A DNA stretch of 58,165 nucleotides, taken from IMG/VR virus record IMGVR_UViG_3300037470_000764, positions 1 through 58,165 of that record. One strand, given 5' to 3'. Source of the stretch: a virus. Its lineage: Duplodnaviria; Caudoviricetes. Positions 29,204 through 36,944 of this stretch are shown in pieces; the first letter of the stretch is position 1, and each line of letters opens with the position of its first letter. Below the pieces are notes generated by a model. The model was not told the DNA's origin. It saw nothing but the letters and a program-made list of their open reading frames with translations, and ran no database searches. The position numbers and the translations under genes are program-made.

Positions 29204-30403
29204 TCACAATCCATAGGCTGCAGGAAGCGCAGCCATCACTTGGTCGCTTGGCACATAGTTCACGACCGGAAACACTTCGACACCCGCAGCGGCGAGATTG
29301 ACCGGCGTCCCGTTCGCATTCAGCCCGAATTGAAGCAAAGGAATAGTCGTGTTGACCGCCCCGGCCTGCGCGCCGCGATAGGCGATAACACCGTTGATCC
29401 ACAGCGTCACATCGCCGCCCACTCCTTCCCATGTCAGGAAAGCGAGAAGACGCTGGCCGCGCTTGTCGCCTATTGAGGCAATCGTCGTGAAGCCTTCTTC
29501 GCCGACAGCGCCGCAGACTTCGCCATCGGCATTGAGCCCGACAAAACAGCGTCCGTCGCTCGCCGGTTGCGAGCCGAAGACGACGCAATCTTCATTGGTC
29601 ACCGTGCCGACGAAACCGATGCCGCCAACAAGGGTCGGGTTGAGAGTTGTCGGCAGCCTGTCGTCGCTGCCGTCGCCGACAAGGCGCGGAGGGTCTTCTT
29701 GGTAGGAAGGTTGCGCTCCGGCCGTGGCTTGGCGGGCGGGGAATGAAGGAATTTCTTTGGCAGAGAAATTGTCAAAGAGGGCCGTGTCTCCAGGTGCGCT
29801 ACCGGCATACCTCAATGTGATAATCGTCGCCGCGCCGAGGGCATCGAAAATACGCCGAAAAGTGCCGGGAACCACTAAGGTGTTTAGCGAGAAGCTTGTG
29901 ATCTGCGTTCCGTCAATCGAAGTCCCAATGCGATACGAGAGCGATCCAGACGGGAGTACCCCGGCGAGATCGTAGAAATGCTCGATTACCTTGTTGGCAG
30001 CAGTCGGTAAGCTTGAAGACCCGACAGCAATGTTCGACGCATCACCACCCCCAACAATGTTGAGCCTTTCATCGTTGGCATTAATGACGCCGGTTCCGGT
30101 TGATGTGTCGGTATAGCCGGTCAATCCGGCGGCAAGATCACCATTCACAAATAGCTGAGGCTGCGCCGACATCACCTGTGTAAGTGTCTGGCCCGCCCAG
30201 CGCTCAACCGAGAGCGCGAGCCCGACGAATTGCCCCGCCGCCGTTACTGGCAGGCTCCCGAAGGAGTTTTGAGACAGCGCATCAATCTGCGCTGTCCAGT
30301 AAGCGCCTTCTGTGCCTAGAGGGTAGAGCAGAGCGATGGGGTCAACGGATCCGCCGCCGAGATTCCTGGCTAACCCCAACCCCATATGCGCGAGCCCACG
30401 CAT
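29204..30403 (-). CDS. Putative virion-exposed beta-sandwich/lectin-like (head fibre or appendage) protein
   Basis: MGLGL...DPIALL...GSLPVTAAGQFVG N-terminus, beta-rich insert, RQATAGAQP...DGSDD motif and LamG-like C-terminus. Less GC-skewed codons. Confidence 0.55.
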   Translation of the reverse strand: MRGLAHMGLGLARNLGGGSVDPIALLYPLGTEGAYWTAQIDALSQNSFGSLPVTAAGQFVGLALSVERWAGQTLTQVMSAQPQLFVNGDLAAGLTGYTDTSTGTGVINANDERLNIVGGGDASNIAVGSSSLPTAANKVIEHFYDLAGVLPSGSLSYRIGTSIDGTQITSFSLNTLVVPGTFRRIFDALGAATIITLRYAGSAPGDTALFDNFSAKEIPSFPARQATAGAQPSYQEDPPRLVGDGSDDRLPTTLNPTLVGGIGFVGTVTNEDCVVFGSQPASDGRCFVGLNADGEVCGAVGEEGFTTIASIGDKRGQRLLAFLTWEGVGGDVTLWINGVIAYRGAQAGAVNTTIPLLQFGLNANGTPVNLAAAGVEVFPVVNYVPSDQVMAALPAAYGL

Positions 30404-30406
30404 CTT

Positions 30407-30724
30407 TTATTCCGGATCGGGTGCGTCGGCCGCGATGACGGCGATCTTGTCGCCGCGCGTCACTTCGAAATCGCGATAGGTCTTCGCGAAGACGTCGCGG
30501 GAGGCGTTCGTGGCTTCCGGCGCGACGCCGAATTCGATGCAACAGTCGAGATCGGATGAGACAATCACGAAGCGTGTTGCCGTGTTGAACGCCGCGCTTG
30601 CCGCTGAGGTCTGATCGATCGCGACCACCTGGACGGCGATGCAGTCGGTCGGCGGGATCGGCATGGTGACGCCGTGCATATCCTGTGGAAGCCGCGCGTA
30701 CTCCTCGATTTTCAGTTTTGCCAT
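30407..30724 (-). CDS. Small beta-rich virion-associated protein
   Basis: GGAGG RBS. SAAFNTATRFV...FGVAPEA...GDKIAVI pattern. Confidence 0.7.
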   Translation of the reverse strand: MAKLKIEEYARLPQDMHGVTMPIPPTDCIAVQVVAIDQTSAASAAFNTATRFVIVSSDLDCCIEFGVAPEATNASRDVFAKTYRDFEVTRGDKIAVIAADAPDPE

Positions 30725-30739
30725 CCCGGCCTCCGTTGT

Positions 30740-31183
30740 TCAGTCAAACGCGATCAGGAGCCCTGATGCGACGCAGCCGATAGCGGACAGCACCAGCAAA
30801 AGGGCAATCAGTCTCAACAGCGCGGCCAGCATCCACATGCGGCCGGATCTGGTGTGGAGCGCGTCGATGCCGTCCCCCGCCGCGGCACCGCGCGAGATCA
30901 GCACCACATGGGCTTCGCGCGAGGCGATCCGGGCCGCTTGCTCGGCCTGCATCGCCATGAACGCAAAAACCCCCGCCAGCAGCGGCAGGGTCAGGCCGGC
31001 GGCGAAGGCGTAGTTCGGCGCTAGGATGAACAACATCAGGTTGACGAGTGTGGTGAGCACGATGGTCGTGAGCGCGAAATTCACGGCGCGGCCGGAGGCG
31101 GCGAGAATGCCGGCATCCCGCGGATGGATGCCGCTGTTCCATTCCGCCAGATAGGTCAGCCTTGCGTCCTGATCGGGGGTCAT
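30740..31183 (-). CDS. Multi-pass membrane protein
   Basis: GGAG RBS before MTPDQD, three hydrophobic segments. Confidence 0.7.
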   Translation of the reverse strand: MTPDQDARLTYLAEWNSGIHPRDAGILAASGRAVNFALTTIVLTTLVNLMLFILAPNYAFAAGLTLPLLAGVFAFMAMQAEQAARIASREAHVVLISRGAAAGDGIDALHTRSGRMWMLAALLRLIALLLVLSAIGCVASGLLIAFD

Positions 31184-31210
31184 TGCGTCTCCGCCTTGGT
31201 CCGCGAAAGT

Positions 31211-31259
31211 CCGGGCGCCGGTTCGAGGGAGGAGGGCAGGGAGGGGTCCCGGCGCCCGG
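31211..31259 (-). ncRNA. Candidate structured RNA hairpin with CCUCCUCCC (anti-SD, cuckoo-like) loop
   Basis: 11-bp perfect stem CCGGGCGCCGG/CCGGCGCCCGG, with CCTCCTCCC in the loop (31235-31227). Confidence 0.4.
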
Positions 31260-31306
31260 GGGCTTTTGCGTTGCGCCGGCGTCATTCCACCGGGCTAGAG
31301 GACCCG

Positions 31307-31353
31307 ACCCTATGGCCCGTGCGAATCGGTGGTCAAGAGAACAGGAAGGGTAC
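31307..31353 (-). promoter_or_regulatory. Putative leftward promoter with adjacent alphaproteobacterial SOS-box-like site
   Basis: GTAC-N7-GTTC (31353-31339) lies 2 nt upstream of TTGACC-N18-TAGGGT. Confidence 0.4.
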
Positions 31354-31459
31354 GGATTTGTAGCCTTCCTCCTGGCGGGGTCCGTGATTGGGCCGGGTTT
31401 TTCAAAGCCCAATGATTTGAACGGCTTAGCAGAACAGCATTGTAAATGCTGCATCGTTT

Positions 31460-31475
31460 TGTTTCACGGGAAACA
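31460..31475. promoter_or_regulatory. parS: parS-like centromere site
   Basis: TGTTTCACGGGAAACA is a 15/16 match to the universal chromosomal parS consensus TGTTTCACGTGAAACA. Intergenic. Confidence 0.7.
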
Positions 31476-31515
31476 TTCCGGAGGCGGTTTTTTTAACCAA
31501 AAGACATGTATCGAC

Positions 31516-31545
31516 TTGAAGCAATGTCTACGTTTTGTTACCTTC
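31516..31545 (+). promoter_or_regulatory. Early promoter overlapped by operator copy A
   Basis: TTGAAG-N17-TACCTT containing GTCTACGTTTTGTTACCTTC (31526-31545). Confidence 0.75.
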
Positions 31546-31590
31546 GCGTGACATCGGAGAATCACTCCGCAAGTTGAAGGGCCTGGAACC

Positions 31591-31878
31591 ATGACCACCT
31601 GCAAATGCCAGAACTGCGACTGGGAAGGGGACGATCTCGATCTCCGGCCCGTGAAAAGGTTTCACGAACGGGTGACACCCGGCGAGACACAGCCGATGGG
31701 CGAATGCCCGCTTTGCGGCAGCCTCGCCCACCTCTCGCCGGTGCCTGAAGATCCGCGCGTGACGCGCGCCATGGGCGGCATTGGCTCCAGCACGGGTGGC
31801 AATGCGCGTCTCGTCGACGGCGAACGCCGCGACCTCAACCGCAGCGAGGCGCAGTACCGCGCCGAGAGGGGGCTGTGA
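31591..31878 (+). CDS. Zn-ribbon early protein
   Basis: CQNC...CPLCG. First gene after the promoter. Confidence 0.75.
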   Translation: MTTCKCQNCDWEGDDLDLRPVKRFHERVTPGETQPMGECPLCGSLAHLSPVPEDPRVTRAMGGIGSSTGGNARLVDGERRDLNRSEAQYRAERGL

Positions 31879-32276
31879 TGCCGAAGTTTTATGTGACGCT
31901 TGCCGCGCCCGCGACCATCCGCCTGACCGTCGAAGTCGAAGCGACAAACAGTGTTGCGGCGGTCGACCAGGTTGAACGGTTGGAGGCGCGGGATGCCCTC
32001 GAAGCAACGCGCCTTGTCGACACACTGATCCAGCCGAGCAACGAGGCGCTTGCCGGCTATGACGATGTGCTTGGCGATCGCGGTTGGCGCTATCGGGCGG
32101 CGGGAGTGGAACTCTCCAGCGAGGGATTCAGTGCTGAACGGTCTGAGCGCTTCGGACTGAGGGCGCTCGACGACCTGTGCAAGCTGCGCGACGAAATCGC
32201 GACGAAGGGCCCGAGCGGACAGCTGGATCGTCTCGATGCGGCTATCGACTATTTTGCTGCAAGGGAAGGTTCATGA
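31878..32276 (+). CDS. Hypothetical early protein
   Basis: Coupled ORF with N-terminal TVEVEATN motif. Confidence 0.7.
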   Translation: MPKFYVTLAAPATIRLTVEVEATNSVAAVDQVERLEARDALEATRLVDTLIQPSNEALAGYDDVLGDRGWRYRAAGVELSSEGFSAERSERFGLRALDDLCKLRDEIATKGPSGQLDRLDAAIDYFAAREGS

Positions 32277-32425
32277 CCCGCTTCCTCGCCATAGCCGTCT
32301 TGCTCGCAGGATGCACCGCGCATGTGGGTGAGCCCTATTACCCCGGCGACGATATGTCGGTCCATGAAGGCGCGCTTGAGGGATGGAAAGCGCCGGTCGC
32401 CCTTGTCACAAACGGAGGTGCATGA
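32273..32425 (+). CDS. 50-aa lipoprotein
   Basis: MTRFLAIAVLLAGC lipobox, ATGA overlaps at both ends. Confidence 0.7.
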   Translation: MTRFLAIAVLLAGCTAHVGEPYYPGDDMSVHEGALEGWKAPVALVTNGGA

Positions 32426-32745
32426 TGGCCCATCGCATTGCCCGCCCGCGCGCCGATCGCAACCCCGCCGTCGGATTCCTGCTCGCCGCCGAGGGCTTCA
32501 CGATGCGCGGTGCTTCGGCGCGCGCGGAACATGTCCGCGCTCTCGGCATCGCCGTCAACGAGGCGCGCCGCCTCGACGCCGACGCCGCGGTCGGCGTGGT
32601 GATCGAGGCGGCCGACCTGATCGTGCGCTACGGACCTTCCGAGACCCGCATCGCGGCGCTCGAGGAAGCGCTTGACCGTCAGCGCGCGGATTACCGGGAG
32701 CGTGAAGCGTCCCGCTACTACTGGAACCGGGCGGCCTTCGCATGA
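32422..32745 (+). CDS. Hypothetical early protein
   Basis: GGAGG RBS, coupled ORF. Confidence 0.65.
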   Translation: MMAHRIARPRADRNPAVGFLLAAEGFTMRGASARAEHVRALGIAVNEARRLDADAAVGVVIEAADLIVRYGPSETRIAALEEALDRQRADYREREASRYYWNRAAFA

Positions 32746-32900
32746 CGCGGGAGCAAGGCCCGGCGCGGCCGGATGTCGTGGATTGCCCGGAATGCGGCGA
32801 ACCGCATATCGGCACCGGCGGCGACGTCAAAACCTGCGGCAAATGTGGACACAGTTGGCAACCCTCGGCGCGCCCCGCGCGCCGGGTGGCGGCCGGTTGA
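32742..32900 (+). CDS. 52-aa Zn-ribbon protein; not in the ORF track
   Basis: MTREQGPARPDVVDCPECGEPHIGTGGDVKTCGKCGHSW..., ATGA overlap. Confidence 0.65.
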   Translation: MTREQGPARPDVVDCPECGEPHIGTGGDVKTCGKCGHSWQPSARPARRVAAG

Positions 32901-32910
32901 GGAAAAACCT

Positions 32911-33117
32911 ATGGAAACTCTGACGATCGAGATTATGCGCGACGGCAAATTCGTGTCGCTGGTCGATATGGAAACGCGCGTCATCGAACTGGCAATGGGC
33001 ATCGCGAAAGGCAACGTCTCAGCCGCAGCGCGGATGCTCGGCATGGGCCGCTCAACACTTTACCGGCGTCTCGACAAGACCCGGTCTCAGGAGGGAGGGG
33101 AAAATGCTGCCGCTTAG
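32911..33117 (+). CDS. Stand-alone Fis/NtrC-type HTH (HTH_8) protein
   Basis: SLVDMETRVIELAMGIAKGNVSAAARMLGMGRSTLYRRL, GAGG RBS. Confidence 0.85.
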   Translation: METLTIEIMRDGKFVSLVDMETRVIELAMGIAKGNVSAAARMLGMGRSTLYRRLDKTRSQEGGENAAA

Positions 33118-33268
33118 GATCAGGAAGCGCATCGCGCGCCGGGAAGCACGCCGCCTGACAAAAGATCAGGGAAGCTGGCTTCAAGACATCGTGTCCGGTG
33201 TTGTCGTGATTTTTTGCATCGGCGTGTTTCTTTTCTGGCTAGAGTATTTGCTGGGCGGCGCTGCTTAG
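33104..33268 (+). CDS. 54-aa single-pass membrane protein; not in the ORF track
   Basis: GGAGG RBS, basic N-terminus, then IVSGVVVIFCIGVFLFWLEYLL. Confidence 0.6.
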   Translation: MLPLRIRKRIARREARRLTKDQGSWLQDIVSGVVVIFCIGVFLFWLEYLLGGAA

Positions 33269-33289
33269 TCGAGCGGTGAAACCGATAGG

Positions 33290-33328
33290 ATCAGGCGCGG
33301 GCCGCGGTGGACCGCCGCCTGATTTTTT
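33290..33328 (+). terminator. Intrinsic terminator of the early operon
   Basis: ATCAGGCG...CGCCTGAT followed by a T run. Confidence 0.6.
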
Positions 33329-33337
33329 GGAGGCCAT

Positions 33338-33604
33338 ATGAAGGCGGAAGCGGTTGAACCAACTCCGGCATCCGGCGATGCCGCGTTGGCCGGCGAAGAA
33401 GCACATGCGCGCGCATGCGAGTTGGAGCCCGGACCGGAGCGGTCCCGGTTGATCGGTTTGAGTGAGGGGCTGGCAGGCGAGCCGCCCGCCGTGATCACCG
33501 AACTGATTGCCGAGGAAGCCGACCCGAAATGCCGGGAAGCGCTCCTGCGCGGCTACACTGAGGGCCGCATGCGGCCTATCTTGACTTCGCCGCCACGAGA
33601 ATGA
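33338..33604 (+). CDS. Hypothetical protein
   Basis: GGAGG RBS, convergent with the initiator gene. Confidence 0.55.
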   Translation: MKAEAVEPTPASGDAALAGEEAHARACELEPGPERSRLIGLSEGLAGEPPAVITELIAEEADPKCREALLRGYTEGRMRPILTSPPRE

Positions 33605-34367
33605 TGCGTTCCTTCGCTCCGTGTTTCGCGGCCAGGCTATTCAGCCGATCGAGATAGTTGCTGGCGATCCAGTTGCGGATAAACATGGTCGGCGCGGTCA
33701 GCTGCATCGGCAGACCCTGGCTTGCCTTCACGTCTCGAAACCACGCGTTGAAGGCAGGCTCTCCGATCTCGGCACTCATGGTTTTGAGCGCCGCCCGGAG
33801 CGGGCCTTCATCGGGCCCGCCCGGAGGGGCGCTAGACGGATAATGATGGATAGACGTATTAGGTGAAGTGGGCTTCAGTATTTTACTGAAATGGGCTTCA
33901 CCATCCGTGTCGCAAATTTCACCATCCGCAAGGTCTGGTGATGGTGAAATTATTTCACCACCAGCGGTGCCCCCGGATACTGAAATAATTTCACCATCTG
34001 GCAAATCGTCGCCCTCGGCTTCGCATTCGCCCGGCGCGGCGCCGTTCCTGATCTGTTTTCCCCTGTCGCGGGCCTTCGCGACACGCGCCGGAACCTCCTT
34101 GCCGAAGTCGCCGACCTTGACCCAGTAGAGGTTCATGTTGTCCTTGCCGCCGCGCGTATAGGCCTCGATCTCCTCCATGGACTCCAGGCTCAGAAGCACG
34201 TTGTAGACCTGGCGGACGGTCAGCCTTGTCTGCCGGGCCAGCGACGAGACCGCGATATAGCCGGCGCCGTCATGGCTGGCGACGTCGGCGATCGCCAGCA
34301 ACACCAGCAAAGCCCCGCCTTTGGCCTTGCTATGCTTCCAGACCGCCGATGAAACGTAGACGCTCAT
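33576..34367 (-). CDS. Replication initiator (N-terminal HTH, C-terminal DnaA domain-I-like)
   Basis: ALLVLLAIADVA...VSSLARQTRLTVRQV HTH. IGEPAFNAWF...LTAPTMFIRNWIASNYLDRL resembles DnaA_N. Confidence 0.85.
   Translation of the reverse strand: MSVYVSSAVWKHSKAKGGALLVLLAIADVASHDGAGYIAVSSLARQTRLTVRQVYNVLLSLESMEEIEAYTRGGKDNMNLYWVKVGDFGKEVPARVAKARDRGKQIRNGAAPGECEAEGDDLPDGEIISVSGGTAGGEIISPSPDLADGEICDTDGEAHFSKILKPTSPNTSIHHYPSSAPPGGPDEGPLRAALKTMSAEIGEPAFNAWFRDVKASQGLPMQLTAPTMFIRNWIASNYLDRLNSLAAKHGAKERIILVAAKSR
33862..33998. repeat. Iterons / replication origin inside the initiator gene
   Basis: Palindromic TGAA-N5/6-TTCA units at 33864, 33887, 33945 and 33981 (three followed by CCA), a partial copy near 33913, and an AT-rich spacer. 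Confidence 0.75.
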
Positions 34368-34374
34368 GACCCCC

Positions 34375-36294
34375 TCAATCCGCTGCTGTGGCCAGCGCCG
34401 GCCGGACGTTGGCGCGTGCTATCAACTCGACCATGCGAGGCGGCACGCTGTTGCCGACCAGGCTGTATTTCTGGGTCTTTGTCAGGCGGCGGACCTTGCC
34501 GCCGACCTCGATTTCGTCGGGCAGCGCGCCTTTCGGGAAACCATGCGCCGCCGCACCCTCTTCCGGGGTGAACATCCGCATGCAGATGTCGGACAGCACC
34601 ATCTCCTCGCCCATGGCTTTCACGGTGACGAGGCCGTGCCGCGCCTTACCGGTCGTCGCGCCGAGCGGGTCGCGGATTTCCTGATCCTGCCCGCCGGTCG
34701 AGTAGTAATGCTGCATGAACGCATAGACGAGGCCCGCATGCCGCCCGCCCGCCATCAGCGCCGGAACGGGTTCCTCGATCTCGCGCCCGGCCTTCGACGT
34801 GCCGCGCAGCTCGGTCAGATGGACCGCGACCACACCCTGGTGAGAGCCGGTCTGCAGCGTCGTTGAGAGCGGGTCATGCAGCGAGCGGCCGGGATTGTCT
34901 TCCATGCGCGGGCCGGCGTTGTTCTGTGCCATGAACGCGGCCACGACCCCGACTTTGCCGCCACCGGCGACCTGCGTCCCGAGCGGCTCGCCGATGTCGA
35001 GTGCGCGCGGGGCCTGGCCTTCGCGTTCGCCATAGCCTGTCTGTATCAACGTGCCGGTCACGAGCCCCAGAGGCACGGCGCCGCCGGGGCGCTTGCGGAA
35101 CGAGTTGGAGGTGAAGGTCGGCGCCGGATCCTCGATGTCGACCCCGGATGCGCCGGGGCGGAACTTCGTCACATGCGCGACGACGAGCTGGTTCTGGTCC
35201 TTCCGGCTCGCCGTGAATGTGTGTGCCGGGTCCGCCGCGTCCCTGACCGAACCGCCGTGCTGCGCGGCGCCGATGACGGGAACGACGAGAGCCTTCTCGC
35301 CGCGATGCGCACCGGTGACTGTTTTAAGAGGTTCGGCAATGTCTTCGACACCGCGATCTCCCGCATGGGTCAGGCTGACGATGTAGGGTTTCGGATTCCG
35401 CACCACATGCTTGTCGACGCCATGCGCGATGCGCCTCTCGGTGGCGGGCACCAGCGGGCGCTTGATGCCGAGCACCTTCGCCTCTTCCTTCGTCAGAAAT
35501 ATCGAATAGCAGGGCAGCGACCAGTCGACGATGGTGTGCGCGCCGATCCACGGCTTGAGCCGCAGCGCCTTCGCTTTTTTGCGCGGGGCGTGGCTGCGCT
35601 CGGGCCAGACGATCGGGCCGCCGTCGCGGCGCATGACGCCGAACATGCGCTTGCGGATCGTCGGAATGCCGAAGTCGGCGCAGATGCGCGGCTCGAAAGA
35701 CATGCTGTAGCCGAGCTCGCTCATGCCGCGCAGGAAGCGCCGCCAGGTCTTGCCCTTGCGTTTCCGGCAGGGAACGAGGTGCTGCTCGCGCACCGGGACG
35801 CGCTCGCCCTTGGCGGCGACCGTGCCATCAAGCTTCATCACCCGGCCCGTATCGGGGCAGCGCTTGGCGACCAGCGGCCCCCATGTCGCGATCTCGGGCA
35901 CATTCTCGAAGCCGATGGTTTCGGGCTCGACCGTGCCGGCCCAGCGCTTGACGATCCAGGTCAGCGAGCGGCGCCGCGGGCTGACGGGCTTCGAACCCTT
36001 CGCCGAACTGAAATGCGTGCAATCGGGCGAAGCCCACAGGATCCGCACCGGCCGTCCGCCGGTCGCCTCGCGCGGATCGACTTCGAAGACGTCCGACAAC
36101 AAATGTTTGGTGTGCGGGTGGCGCTTGCTGTGAACCGCCACCGCGATCTCGTCGTGATTGATCGCCAGATGCACCGGAAAGCCCGCCGCCTCGAGGCCGT
36201 CACAGGCGCCGCCCATGCCGGCGAATAGAACGACGGTGATGCGGCCGTCGAGCGGCCATGCCGCGCCGCGGTCGAGATGGGATTTAGGTTTCAT
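34375..36294 (-). CDS. DNA cytosine-5 methyltransferase (long phage type with repeated variable region)
   Basis: LFAGMGG (I), WASPDCTHFS (IV), ENVPE (VI), PTIRKR (VIII), GNSVPP (X). Confidence 0.95.
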   Translation of the reverse strand: MKPKSHLDRGAAWPLDGRITVVLFAGMGGACDGLEAAGFPVHLAINHDEIAVAVHSKRHPHTKHLLSDVFEVDPREATGGRPVRILWASPDCTHFSSAKGSKPVSPRRRSLTWIVKRWAGTVEPETIGFENVPEIATWGPLVAKRCPDTGRVMKLDGTVAAKGERVPVREQHLVPCRKRKGKTWRRFLRGMSELGYSMSFEPRICADFGIPTIRKRMFGVMRRDGGPIVWPERSHAPRKKAKALRLKPWIGAHTIVDWSLPCYSIFLTKEEAKVLGIKRPLVPATERRIAHGVDKHVVRNPKPYIVSLTHAGDRGVEDIAEPLKTVTGAHRGEKALVVPVIGAAQHGGSVRDAADPAHTFTASRKDQNQLVVAHVTKFRPGASGVDIEDPAPTFTSNSFRKRPGGAVPLGLVTGTLIQTGYGEREGQAPRALDIGEPLGTQVAGGGKVGVVAAFMAQNNAGPRMEDNPGRSLHDPLSTTLQTGSHQGVVAVHLTELRGTSKAGREIEEPVPALMAGGRHAGLVYAFMQHYYSTGGQDQEIRDPLGATTGKARHGLVTVKAMGEEMVLSDICMRMFTPEEGAAAHGFPKGALPDEIEVGGKVRRLTKTQKYSLVGNSVPPRMVELIARANVRPALATAAD

Positions 36295-36341
36295 CGGTCC
36301 CCCGTTGAGAATAGTGCGGTGTCGACCGCGACCTCCGTCAT
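36291..36341 (-). CDS. 16-aa coupling peptide between the two methyltransferases
   Basis: MTEVAVDTALFSTGDR*, with ATGA overlaps to both neighbours. Confidence 0.4.
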   Translation of the reverse strand: MTEVAVDTALFSTGDR

Positions 36342-36934
36342 GCCGCCACCGCCGGCCGGAACTTGTCGGTTTCCATGCCCCATGCCACCCATCCCTTGCG
36401 GCGCTGGCGGGCGAAGAGATCGATGCGCGAGACATTGCCGCAGAGCCGCTCGAGCATCGGATAGGTGCTGTCGGGTTTGCGGCTGTGCTCGCGCAACTGC
36501 CCTTCGATCAGGTTGCGTTCGGAACGGCTGTGGATCGGCGGCGCCCCGATCGTGCCGACCAGAAATGCCTCGCAGCTCGCGCGGAATATGTAGCCGGTGC
36601 CGAAAGCGGCTTTGCCGTTAACGGTGGATTTCGGCCAGGCGCCGCCGGACTTGTAGGTGAAGCCCCAGGCCGCCATCACCTCCATGGCGTCGGTAAGCAT
36701 CGGAAACGTCGCCCACATGAACAGCAGGCAGTCGCGGGCCGCCAGAAGCCCGACGGGCAGCGCCATGATGTCGGCGGTCGGCATGCAGTCGTAATGCGCG
36801 ACCGGGTTTTTGGCTTCGCCCTTCTCCGACCAGTTTTTGAACAGCCAGGGTGCGTCGGCATGGATCAGGCGGAAGCCGCCCGAGGGACGAAGCCGTTTGA
36901 AATCGTCCGCGGTGCCGGCGTTCATTTCGATCAT
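36338..36934 (-). CDS. MT-A70 family adenine methyltransferase
   Basis: IHADAPW, HYDCM, LFMWAT, AWGFTYKS, REHSRKP, DLFARQ and WG motifs. GGAGG RBS. Confidence 0.92.
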   Translation of the reverse strand: MIEMNAGTADDFKRLRPSGGFRLIHADAPWLFKNWSEKGEAKNPVAHYDCMPTADIMALPVGLLAARDCLLFMWATFPMLTDAMEVMAAWGFTYKSGGAWPKSTVNGKAAFGTGYIFRASCEAFLVGTIGAPPIHSRSERNLIEGQLREHSRKPDSTYPMLERLCGNVSRIDLFARQRRKGWVAWGMETDKFRPAVAA

Positions 36935-36944
36935 GTCCCTCCAC

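Noticed and set aside
34375-36934. Restriction-modification system
   Set aside because: No cognate endonuclease adjacent. These are orphan methyltransferases.
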